Shown here one piece after another: positions 36,981 to 48,278 of a stretch of DNA of 52,189 nt (its first letter is position 1; the number at the start of each line of letters is the position of its first letter). The position numbers and the translations under genes are program-made. The notes under the pieces are model-generated. The model saw nothing but the letters and a program-made list of their open reading frames with translations. It had not been told where the DNA came from and made no database searches. Origin of the DNA: Chara braunii (taxonomy: Eukaryota; Plantae; Charophyceae). Where the stretch lies: contig BFEA01000041.1 of NCBI GenBank assembly GCA_003427395.1, forward strand, positions 4,372,345 to 4,424,533, in the 5' to 3' direction.

Positions 36981-37408
36981 GGGTCTCGCTCCACTACTGT
37001 CCACTGTACAAAAACGGACAGTCGTACTTTGATCCACTTACTGTCCACTGTACATGTGCAAAATGGCTTGGACAGTTTTTAGAAACCCCGTCGAAAATCT
37101 ACTGTCCGTGAATGTACAGCTCCCAGCTTGCAAAATTCGTTACGCTGAAAGTCCTTCAAGGGACTCACCGTGAGGACCCGAATTTGGAGAGTGCACCTGG
37201 AGTTTGGGCGGACAAAACCCTATGGACGTCCTGTCTTGTAGTGCTATCACTGTGTCTGGTAGTGAAGCCACAAATTTGAGAGGTGGACAGCGGACAGTAA
37301 GTGGAGCTATGTCGCATTTCCCACTGTCCGCTGTACAATTTTTCGCTCTGACAACTGTCCACCAACTGTCCGAAAAATTGTACAGTGGACAGTAGTGGAG
37401 TGAGACCC
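36981..37408. mobile_element. PIF/Harbinger-like MITE, 428 bp
   Basis: ~30-bp TIR GGGTCTC(G/A)CTCCACTACTGTCCACTGTACA; TSD TAT; ACTGTCC subterminal motifs. Confidence 0.93.
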
Positions 37409-38866
37409 TATGGAAAAGGGAAAAAAAAGAAAAATGAGTCTTGATCAATTGCAGAAACTCGCAAAGGACAATACTCTGCCTCGGACACACCCGCAAGGGT
37501 TCGACAATACTCTGCTTCGGACACACCCGCAAGGGTTCGCGAGAGTTGGAGGGCAGTTTGTGGTTCCTTGCAAGGACCCACAGAAATAGATGTGATACAG
37601 GCGGGCGGCAGCAACCTCCTGGCGAACCACTATCGCCTCCTTTTGGAGAGCACCTGACACCTCGTGATTTTTTTTTCACCGCTGAAATTCGTCAGGACTG
37701 TGTTGCGAGGCAACCATCCTATTTAATTGTTACTGGTTGGTTGCTATTCCAGCGGCCCATGTCTCTTCATCAGTCATCAGAGGTTGGAGCTAAACCGGCC
37801 GGCGGTTGGGACTCAACTCCGGACACGGTTCACGGAACCCTTTTGCCAAGACCGTGGATCAACAGTATCATCATGAACCAACAACTGTCTTTTCGACTCA
37901 ATACCTGCATCTGCGACAACAATCACTCTTTCAAGAAAATCGACGACCGAGAATTGGGACTTGGGTCTGGTACTCACCCAGGCTGAAGGACGGTCTCCAA
38001 TGCTCGCTCGCTCCCACTTCCCTTGCCGGCCACAGTATATAAGACCTGCCCCTGCCGGGCCACGACAGCTTGTCTTTCCTCTCGAGCAGCGACTTCGGGA
38101 GCCCGATCTGCTGCAACACTCATTGCATACGTGAACCTGCGGAGGTCACACAAGCCAGCAGACCGCACAGAGGCCGAGTCAATTTTCCGCTTGCCTGATT
38201 TGGGTGAAGCGGTCCCACCCACCCTTGATATTCCCGCGTTGTGCGGGCCTGCGGCCCATCTTCCTGACTCACTCCTGTGCAATCAGGCGTCATCTGTGGC
38301 TTCCACTTTTTTTCCTTTCATACGATTTGACCTGTGCAGCCCTATACTAGCACCTGAACGGGCTGTTCTCAAAAAAAAAAAAAAAAAAAAAAAANNNNNN
38401 NNNNNNNNNNNNNNNNNNNNNNNNNNNNNNNNNNNNNNNNNNNNNNNNNNNNNNNNNNNNNNNNNNNNNNNNNNNNNNNNNAAAAACCTTCGAAAAAAGC
38501 AAAAACACACTTTTCTGGTAAGAGCTGAAACCGCCAGTACATTTCCCAGTTATTCTTTTCAAAAGCAACAGTTAACACATCACATGGAGAGGGGCTCAAG
38601 CAAAAAGAAAATGTTTTTAGCCCGGATCGGTTCGTTTCTTTTTGGCACCCAACAGCAATCCACGTCAGGAAAAAGAGGCTCCGAAGGTGGCAACAAATAG
38701 TGTCTTCTTTTTGGCATCCAGCAGCAATCTACACTGGGAAAGGGTGGCAAGGGATATAGTAGGTTTTGATGGCCATTATTGGCAAGATACCAGTAAGACA
38801 AGGCTCTCCTATCTGCTAAGGGCACATAGCAAAAAAACTGGCTATGGAAGATAATTCCCCTAGTAA

Positions 38867-40629
38867 CTAGCTTTCCCACCCGGGCCAACCGAGGTCGCCC
38901 GGAATGGTGCTCGGGGCGCTCGGCCGCCCAACCCCCCTGGCCAGGCACCCGGGCCTCCTCAGCGCCGTACCCAAAACGGCCGTTAATTTTTTTTTTCGCG
39001 CCGCCAACCGACGACCCACAGGCCAATTTTTTTTCCCGCTGACAGTGCACTATATTTCCGGGCCCAGTAGGCCCCTTTTGAGAATTTTTTTTTTTTTTTT
39101 TTGATCTAGGCCATCGATCATTGGTGATCGGTCCCAGGATTCCGGTCTGCCTCACCCCGTGCACCACGCCCTCCGCTCTCCGCCCTCCGCCCTCCACCCT
39201 ACGGCCCTCCGCCACGTGCCAGTCGTTGTTGCTGTCGTTGTCGCCCTCCCGCCGCACCGTCGTCGTCATCGTGCTGCCGCCATTGTCGTCGACCCGCGGC
39301 CGCCCCGTCGTCGTCATCCTGCCTTCCTCGAAGACTGTCGCACGCCATCCCCATGAAGGCTCGAACTTCGAGGTAAGTTTTCATTTTCTTTTTCTCTTCT
39401 TCTTCTTCTTCTTCTTCTTCTTCTTCTTCTCTTCTCCTTCTTCTTCTTCTTCTTCTTCTTCTTCTTCTTGTTTTTCGTTTCTTCTTCTTTCTCGTTTCTT
39501 GTTCTTCTTTTTTGTTTCTTCTTGTACTTCTTCTTCTTCTTCGTTTCTTCTTCTTTTTCATTTCTTCTTCTTCTTCTTCATTCCTTCTTCTTCTTCTTCA
39601 TTCCTTCTTCTTCGCTTCTTCTTCGTTTCTTCTTCTTCATTCCTTCTTCTTTGCTTCGTCTTCGTCTTCTTCTTCTTCTTCTTCTTCTTCTTCTTCTTCT
39701 GCGGCACCCAGCACGTCCCTCTTTCCTCGAGGGGTGGCCATCGCCTCCCTCCTCTTCCCCTCTCCATAACGCCCGCCCTCCCTCTTCCGCCATAGGCCCC
39801 GACCACCCCTACGTGAATGGCCGCTATAGCCCCCTCCTCCCTCCTTTCTCATAGCGCCCCTCCTTCCTCGCTCTCCATCGCCTTCCTCCACCCCTCTCCA
39901 TCGCCTCCCTCCTTTCTCCCGCCCTCTGCATCGCCTGCCTCCTCTCCTCTCCATTGCCTCCCTCCTCCTCCGCTCTTCAGCACCCTCCGACTCCCTCCTC
40001 CGCCATAGGCTCCCTCTCTCCTCCTCCGCCATGGCCTTCCTCCTCCCTCCTCCCTCCTGCCATACTCCTCCCTTCTCCCTCCTGCCAGATCGTCTCCCTC
40101 CCTCGCTGTCCACCATAGCTTCTCTTGTCCCTCCTCCGACGTGGCACTCTTCCCTCCTCCTCCTTCCTGCCATACTCCTCCCNNNNNNNNNNNNNNNNNN
40201 NNNNNNNNNNNNNNNNNNNNNNNNNNNNNNNNNNNNNNNNNNNNNNNNNNNNNNNNNNNNNNNNNNNNNNNNNNNNNNNNNNNNNNNNNNNNNNNNNNNN
40301 NNNNNNNNNNNNNNNNNNNNNNNNNNNNNNNNNNNNNNNNNNNNNNNNNNNNNNNNNNNNNNNNNNCTCCTCCCTCCCGCTATACTCCTCCCTCCTCCAT
40401 CCCGCCATAGTCCTCCCTCCTCCATCCCGCCATAGTCCTCCCTCCTCCCTCCCGCCATAGTCCTCCTTCCTCCCTCCCTCCTCCCTCCCTCCTCCCTCCC
40501 TCCTCCCTCATGTCATATGCATGAAAATTGAAAACGGACCCAGATAGCAGCAGCACTCAGAATGCGCAGCAAGGCGCTGAAGTCGGAAAAAAAATAATAA
40601 TAAAAAATTCACTGCATTTTAAAAGCTAG
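38867..40629. mobile_element. Non-autonomous hAT-like element
   Basis: 8-bp TIR CTAGCTTT/AAAGCTAG; perfect 8-bp TSD CCTAGTAA (38859-66, 40630-37); interior is (CTT)n and CT-rich low complexity. Confidence 0.75.
39395..39700. repeat. (CTT)n-rich microsatellite
   Basis: Seen directly. Confidence 0.95.
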
Positions 40630-41183
40630 CCTAGTAACGAGTATCTTCGTGGAATGTTTGACCGATGACAGATTCCATCGTAAATTACATGTGCACGGAT
40701 GTGTACGCTAAGATGAGAATCCAAAGAAAAAGGGCTTCACCTTACAGTTTGCTAAAGGCCAACATTCTAATGTATCCTGATGTCTGCCAGGTTCAGATAC
40801 ACAGCATGTTGGGATTTGTCGAATGGACGAGGCCCAAAGCTGTTGCTATGAGAACCACTACGTCCTCTTAACTTCTTCATGCATTCTCACTCTGAGACTT
40901 TCCAGGATGGTTCGAGTAAATGCTTTTACATCTAGGGGAAGAGGGTTGAGGTTAGAAGTAGCCGTTTCTTGAAACTGAAGGACACAATAGTGAGGTTTGA
41001 GAAATAAAGGGTGCAAATGAAAGTGGTGAGGGCGGAAAAGGGGAGGAGGACACAAGTGGTGGATTATAAATTTAGGTTATATGCCACCACAACTGTCTCA
41101 CAAGGAGTCTGCAGATGCGGCCGATGTAAAAGGTTGGCCTTGGGGGTATTGGTTGGGAGACCTGCTGCTGTAGTGAGCGCACC

Positions 41184-41330
41184 TGTGATATGCAACCTCA
41201 CACCCTGCACAACGTCTTGTACTCGTGGGAACACTGATTAGAGGAGGTGGGGCGTGGCTGAGGATTTTGGGTGGGGCGTGGCTGAGGATTTTGGGTGGGG
41301 CGCCAGTGCGAAACTGGGGTTCTCGCCTCA
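41184..41330 (+). mobile_element. LTR-like terminus (TGTGATATGCAACCTCACACCC...), inverted relative to 48170-48278
   Basis: Matches the reverse complement of 48170-48278 over ~120 bp. Confidence 0.6.
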
Positions 41331-43701
41331 GATCGGAGGGTTCTTTTGGCAACGTCGACCCAATGTGGACACGTTCCCAAAATTGCAGGAAAGAAAGAGA
41401 GACGGGGCCAAGAAAACTTCAGAACTTTGCCATTGGACTTAGGGGCAGATAGGCAAAACCCCAATACTTCTGGTAAAGAAATTAAAAAACACCGAAAGGA
41501 AATGAAGGAGGCGCCTAAGCGGCGCTAGCTTCACGATACCCTTTTTGTAGGGGCCAAGTAGGAAGGAGACACCTTAAGCGGCGGCGCGGGGCCATGATCG
41601 CCCGTGCAATCGATCAGACTCCTAAACGACAAAGGGAGTGGAGGTATTAGGACCCCGAAGTTCGTCGAAAGAGGCCCCGCGTTACGGGAGAGATTTGGGA
41701 ACCAGATGGACCCTTTGTACCCCATCACCAACCGACGCTAGGAGCACGAATTTCCCAATCTGCACCAGCGACAGTTAAATTGGGGCTTCCAGGTGGATTG
41801 TGCAGCCGACCAGGGAAGCATCGTTAGATCTGTGTATGGCAAGATTAGCGAGGGGGAAGAGAATCGATCAATCAATTTAAATCCCACCCCACCTATATGG
41901 CATATGCCTTGGACGGGTTTTAAAAGTGAACCCGATCGGTCCTCAATAGTGTCCTTCGCACGTTTGGGTCGTAGTAAAGTCCATCTTCATCTGCAATTGG
42001 AAATCGTGGTAGTTGCTATGGCGGATTGTAAGTTTCGAGCACGGCCAGTTACCCGCGCTCGCGCTCAGATTAGCAACCCTCGAACCCATGCAACTCCCAC
42101 CCTGGTTTGACCCAGACCCGACACGCAATCACAACATAAGTAATCAACACACGATGACGACCCAAAACAAACTGCCAAAATGGCAATGGCCTAAAGGCTA
42201 GGGAAACCGATCTGTGCGACGTAGCGTTTACGCCCGACGTCTCTTTCCCAACGGCCGAACACCTCTACTTCATCGCCTGTATATGCGTGCAGACAAGATG
42301 ACAACAAGCACAACCACTTAATCCTCAAGCAGCCATGCCTTCACAACGTACATCCATAGACTTTTTCACAACGAAGCATTCAGCCTCCACAGACACATGC
42401 AACCAAGGCCATGCACACGACAGAGTGCACACACTTAGTCTTCGACACACATGAACTCCTGGAAAAAGCAGCGATGAAGAAGAAGCAAAGTCCCTCACTA
42501 TTCATAATTAAAAATTACAACAGTGGCACCTCACGTGCGCAGCCACCATATCCAACCAAGGGCGTGCAAGCATAGCCACAAGGCTCTACCACTGACTGTT
42601 CCTGTCTCCACCACCACTCACCCTGCGTCTACTGCTAAGTCCACCCCACATTGTCATTCCGCCGGTTCTTGGGGCACGTGGAGCTTGTTTGGCGCGACAA
42701 TGTTCATGCATAGCTCATGCAACATCGCAACCGAGATCAAAGATGAGGAGAGGAGGCGGCTGTGCAAAATTATATTGAGGGAGGCGGAGGGGCATCAACG
42801 TGTAATGCAGGTAGCGAAAAGTGGTAGATGAGGAGGAGAGAAGAAGGAAGGATCGAGAAGGTCGAAAAGGGATGCTCAAAATGTTTGCACACTTGAGGTG
42901 GTTGTTCAAGCCGTGTGCTTAAGTTCGGTCTTACAGCTTGATTGAACCAACTCAAGTGGTGACCAATCAATTGTGCCGAAGGACGAAGGGGGAGGATAAG
43001 ACAGGGAGCGATAGGAAAATGAAGGAATTTGTGTAGACGAAGGGCAGCAAGAAGAGAAGTTGGCGAGGGCGTGGGAAGAGGGAATCTAGCTTGCGCAGTC
43101 GAGCAAGAATGGGAAAATGGTTGTGTGTGCATGCTAAGCAAAAGAAATAATAGCGTTCTTGACTTCATAGCCTTCCCTTTGAAGTACCTATGCGGTTGGT
43201 AGTCGGCCGCGCGGAGCTAAATTCGAAAATGACATGGACAAACTAGAAAGATATGTATGGAATTCATCAACAAAAAAAATGAAATGGATGCTATTCATCC
43301 ATGTTCGTCAAGATCTGTATGTTGGGGCTTATTGCGAAGGGTATGTGAAGCTGTGGGGTATGGAACCAAGGTAATCATATTTGTGATATGCAGGTGGTTA
43401 TGAACAATTGGCAGTTTCTTGACTGCCTGCCATGTTTCCATGTCCATAAGATGATCGAGGTGGCCCCTTTCGACATCAACTGACTGTGATCATTGAGCCA
43501 ATCTACAATAATTGCACCCTCCCTTTTACACATTTCGTTTTACATTGCGATTCATCACGCGCTCTGTTATTACTACCAATTGCAAAAACGAAGATGGAGG
43601 TATGCAAACGAAGGAGGGAATCGAGAAAAGAGTAATAAGGGGCTTAGACGAAGTGATCCACACTCTCATTACGAGGAGGGGGAAGAGGAGAAAGAAAGGT
43701 T

Positions 43702-44166
43702 GTCGTGGCTGTGAGCTCAAGGGGCAGATTCCCCCCGTTCCTTTGTTGCTGCACTAATGTGGGGTACGTAAAAGTCGCCGGAACGTATGTAAACACACGT
43801 GGCGATGGATATGCTGTTACTCGAAGGATCCGTCGTTGAAGCGTGAGGCCCATCCATGACGCTAGCACCACATGCGCATCTATATTGGAATGCAAATTGC
43901 GTCGCACCATTGCAAAGACAAGAAGATGAAAGGCAGTCGTGGCTGTGAGCTCAAGGGGCAGATTCCCCTGTTCGTTTGTTGCTGCACTAATGTGGGGTAC
44001 ATAAAAGTCCCCGAAACTTATGTAAGCACACGTGGCGTTGGATATGCTGTTACTCGAAGGATCTATCGTTGAAGCGTGAGGTCGATCCATGACGCTAACA
44101 CCACGTGCGCTTCTATATTGGAATGCAGAGTGCTTCACACCATTGCAAAGACAAGAAGATGAAAGG
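43702..44166. repeat. ~235-bp tandem duplication
   Basis: GTCGTGGCTGTGAGCTCAAGGGGCAGATTCCCC...GACAAGAAGATGAAAGG twice. Confidence 0.9.
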
Positions 44167-46099
44167 GCGTGTTTCCTATGGCCACCTTCATAAATCACTT
44201 CTCCTGTGCATTGTGCCGTCGTGCACTCCTGATGTGGAAACTCTAGGAAGGGCGCCCAGTTGGAATGTGGATGTGGTGCTCCATTAGTGCCATCGAGCCC
44301 AATGCACGCTGACACCACTCTGAATTCCAAATCAGGCCGATTAACGACCCGTAGTGCTGGAAATTGCTAATCTCAATGAGTGAGGGAGCCCGGGGTGCAG
44401 AGAACGGGTGAAAAGATCGAGTGTCCAGGGAGGGGAAGGAACGTGGAGATGATGGTCCTGCTCTTGTGCCATCCTAATCAAGATTGAGGTGAGGACGGTA
44501 GAGAGAGAGGGAGCGTGATCGGGGTGGTCCCACTCAGTGTGTGCGCGTTCGGTAGCATCTCGTCCGCAAACAACCGTGCCCAGGCCGCTGGTCCCTCGAT
44601 TGGTGGTGCGTTTTCGGCTAGGATCACCTTTGGCATAGGTGGCAGTGGTGGTGGCTGTAAGACTTCTTCTTCCTCCCGGGGGGGGTCAACCCAACGTCGG
44701 CTGACAACCTTGCGTGCTCCCGCGCGGGATGGACCTGACGACAATCGACAACTGTGCCCACGCCGCTGGTCCCTCGATTAATGGTGATCGTACTCAGCGT
44801 CGCCACTGCCTAGTTGGTTCCACTCTTTGGGCCGTTGGCTTGGGGTATGCAGCGGGAGGCTTCAGTGACGCTTGACGAACCAAGGAAACCTTTGTTTCAA
44901 CTGGTGATGTAATCCAGTGAGGTATGATGCTCGTATGGTATTCGTGCTGGAAAAGGTCCGGGCCTGGAAGGCAGATTTGCTGATCGTACTCTTCGTCAGT
45001 GATGATTTGTGTGATGGAGAGGACGTTTGGATGAGCTCGCGAATTCCCGTTAGCTTTGTACGAATGCTTTCGAACCGATACAATTCCACTGTTCCTTGCT
45101 TGCACGTTGCGTTCGGAGTTGTAAGGATACATCGAAGTAGAACAACCCCAACGCTACCAATCTGTCCATTGCTTGATGAACATTGCTCCCCAAACACAAG
45201 GAACTTTCGTCAGTGAATGGCATGCTGGCTTCGGATAGCAAAACCAAGTACGTCGGGTAATTCTGTATAGGGAAGGAGCACAAGGTGAGGGCTTGCGGGA
45301 GAGTGTTGCTTTACAAAGATGCTAAATTTCAACAACGCTGGATCTTTGAGATGAAATTATTGAATCCTAAATTTTTTGGAACAGCTGCGGGAGAGGATCA
45401 ACAGCGGGGAAGAGAGGCATCTAGAGCGGTTGTAGGGGGAGAGGATCAGCAGCGGAGAAGAGAGCTTTGTATTGTGAGATTAATGTCAATGTATGTGCTT
45501 CGAGCTGGTGCAACTTCTTGTGGTTGATGTTGAAGCGATAGCTCACACGCTTGTTGGTGGGAGAGTCCGAAGTCGAAGCGTTCTTCGCAAACTGCCGCAG
45601 AATCTCCTTCATGTGCTGTAGTACCCACTTCGACAATGACAAAAAGTTGCTGATAATTATAGCGAACGAGTGTGCGAAGTCGTCAGTCAACTGCAATGAT
45701 CAGAACTCCTCGAAGGTGCTCGTCATTGCCCTCGTCAGCTTGTACGTGACGTCGGTATAAACCCGGGCATAAGACAATTGATCCGCCAACGAAGCGTACA
45801 CGTACAAGCTGACGATGAAGGGAGCAAGTTGACGTCACATAAAAATGGTGCCGCAACCGATCGTTTGCAAACGGCGCTTGATAGTCCGGTACTAGATCGT
45901 CTTCGCTGTTCATTCTGCTACGCCTCCCTCTGACACAACCAAAGATAGGGATCAAGAGGACGAAGGAGATGGAGAAGCAAAAATAGGTGAGGAGGATGAG
46001 GAAGAAGAAGTTGGAGAAAATGCCAGGGCCAGGATGGGACCCAACAATGGTTGAAACATGCTGAGTGAGGATATGTGTCCCATCCGAGGCTTGGCCTGG

Positions 46100-48278
46100 C
46101 TGCTGTGTTTGGGGGTGAGCTTCTTTGAGCTTGTAACTCGCACTGCAACTTTCATAACCTCGTAGATGCCTTTGAAGCGAGGGTGCAGCTTGCAGGAGCG
46201 TGCAAACTCTCGTACTTGTACCAAATTGATAACTTCATAGCTGGGCGGTGGGCCCGCTGATGCGTGGCGGTTCTCATAGTATCGGAATTGTCGTTGATGT
46301 GTTAGATCGATGGTCCTCTACCTTTGCTGGGCCAATCGCTGGTAGGCCTTGGCCATCAGGTCCAGGTGGTGTTGGGCCTTGTCCCATTGTGGGCCCAAGT
46401 CACTTTAACTTCTCTCAGTAGGAGTGGCTCAGTTGGACAATGGCATTGCTATGTTGGGTAGCCCGATATACATCTAGGATGTGATGGATTATGACCGGCC
46501 AAGGCTGGCTATCTTCAATAGTAATGTTTTGTCGGAGGGTTGTCTTAATCATTCGTTTGGCATTCTCGACCAGTCTATTAGCCTAGGGCCAGTGTCCAAG
46601 TGAATAGGAAATTTTGACGTTGGCTCGCATTAAACGATGCCCCGCTTGCCCTTGAAACTTGTGGATCTCTTTTATGTCTAGGTGCATGCAAAGGAAACAA
46701 GTGATATACCAAGCTACTTCGACCGTGTTCCGACAGGTCATTGGGTACACCTTGATCCACTTTGAAAACTGATTGACTCCTACCAGAAGGAATCCAACTC
46801 ACCTTGACCGACGATCCACTTTGAAAAGTGATTGACTCCTACCAGAAGGACATCCAACTCACCTTGACCGATGGGCCACAACGGTACGCTAATATCCGTC
46901 ATATCAATACTAACCCTTTGGAACGACCGTTGAATGCGAGTGACATCTGAATCGACGCCTTATCTTTTGAATAGACCGGACATTTCTGGATGATGAATTT
47001 AACATCATCACGAATGTCAGACCAGGACCATCCACATTCTCTTCAATCGCTTTCTTCGTGAATTTCACCGTGAAATGGACCTCATCCTTTGCATATGCAG
47101 CCTGAGTCCAATCAAATAATGCTAAGGGGTGTGCAACTGTCAGCCAGCTGGTTCTCAAACCATCAATGTCCTTTCGTTTCTGCAGGCAACCGTTGTGCCA
47201 ACGGTAATCCCTCAGCCTCGGTGAGTTCGGACAACGGATAGCCACTTAGACGGCTCAGTAGCAGTAGATGCGTCTAGAGTTTTGCCCTATGGACACTTGT
47301 CGAGACTTTTGCCCTATTGATGCCTTTGTCAATGGCAGGGGAGGCTTCCATGAAATGAGCTGCTTGTTGTTGGGGCTCCTCTTTGGCTGCTGCAGACGTG
47401 TCAATCCGCCTGCATTCCCCTGTTGTTTGGTAGGCCGGTGATGGATATTAAAGCCACAATTTTGCAGCCTCGCCGCCCACCCCGCCCACCTTCCTGAGGT
47501 TCCCGAAGTGAAAATTGGGGCTGGTGATCGGTTACCAGAATGAACTCCTGGCTATGGGGATATGGTTGGAAGTGCTAGATTCCCCAAATGACCGCCTGCC
47601 ACTCGCCCTTGCATGCTTCGTAATTGGCTTGGGCTTGGTTGAGAGTCTTTGAGGTGTACTCGATGATGTGCTCCTTCCCATAAACTGCTTGCTGAGTCAG
47701 CACCGCTGAGGTCGCTTGCGACTACCAGTCCGTATGTAGAGTAACTGCTTCGTCGGATTGGGGCGCGCCAAGATGAGAGTGGTTGTTAGAGCCTCCTCGA
47801 GCGCTTGAAAAGCCGCATCACATTGGGGGGTCCAGCTGAACTTCTCGTCCTCCTTGAGGAGGTTTGTCAGAGGCTTGGTGGAATGTGGAAAGCATTGAAT
47901 AAACCTTCTCGTCCTCCTTGAGGAGGTTTGTCATAGGCTTGGCGACGTGTGAGGAAGGGTTTGTCAGCCACTGGAGCAGGTGCATGAGGCTATGCGGACG
48001 CAACGACGAGGAGAGACAGGTTATCTGAATGTGGGCGAAAGGGGCCCACAATATGTCATTCCCCAACAGTAACCAGATGAGGACTTGAAGATCAATATCG
48101 TGAGCTCCTGATCCGGGTCTATGATACCCAGCCCTCCTTTACGAAACGACCTTGGGACTGAGGGGAGAATCCCCTGTTTGGTTCTGGTGGTTTAACCCCG
48201 CCCAAAATCCTCGGCCACACCCCAATTACTCTGATCAGCGCACGAAACGCTGTGCGGGGTGTGAGGTTGCACATCACA
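46100..48278 (-). mobile_element. Internally deleted, degenerate Ty3/gypsy retrotransposon (LTR end, RT connection/RNase H, integrase)
   Basis: RNase H at 47520-47900: KPLTNLLKEDEKFSWTPQCDAAFQALEEALTT..ILARP; TDW..A.SAVLTQ; EHIIEYTSKTLNQAQANYEACKGEWQAVIWGI.HFQPY....F.LVTDHQP. Integrase: GVPNDLS, WP*ANRLVENAKRMIKTTLRQ, ILDVYRATQHS. Also KLHPRFKGIYEV. RNaseH-then-IN order indicates gypsy. Confidence 0.85.

Larger units (their letters stand above)
35966..37572. repeat. ~305-bp tandem duplication; second copy interrupted by two MITEs
   Basis: GCTGTGGGATTTTTTCACC...GGCAGTTTGTGGTTCCTTGCAAG at 35966-36272 and 36272-37573. Confidence 0.85.

Noticed and set aside
38071-38086. GTGAACCTGCGGA 18S-like match
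   Set aside because: Only 13 nt with no tail or extension; could be chance.
38580-40460. Long ORFs (up to 273 aa) on both strands
   Set aside because: They arise from (CTT)n and CT-rich low complexity plus N gaps.
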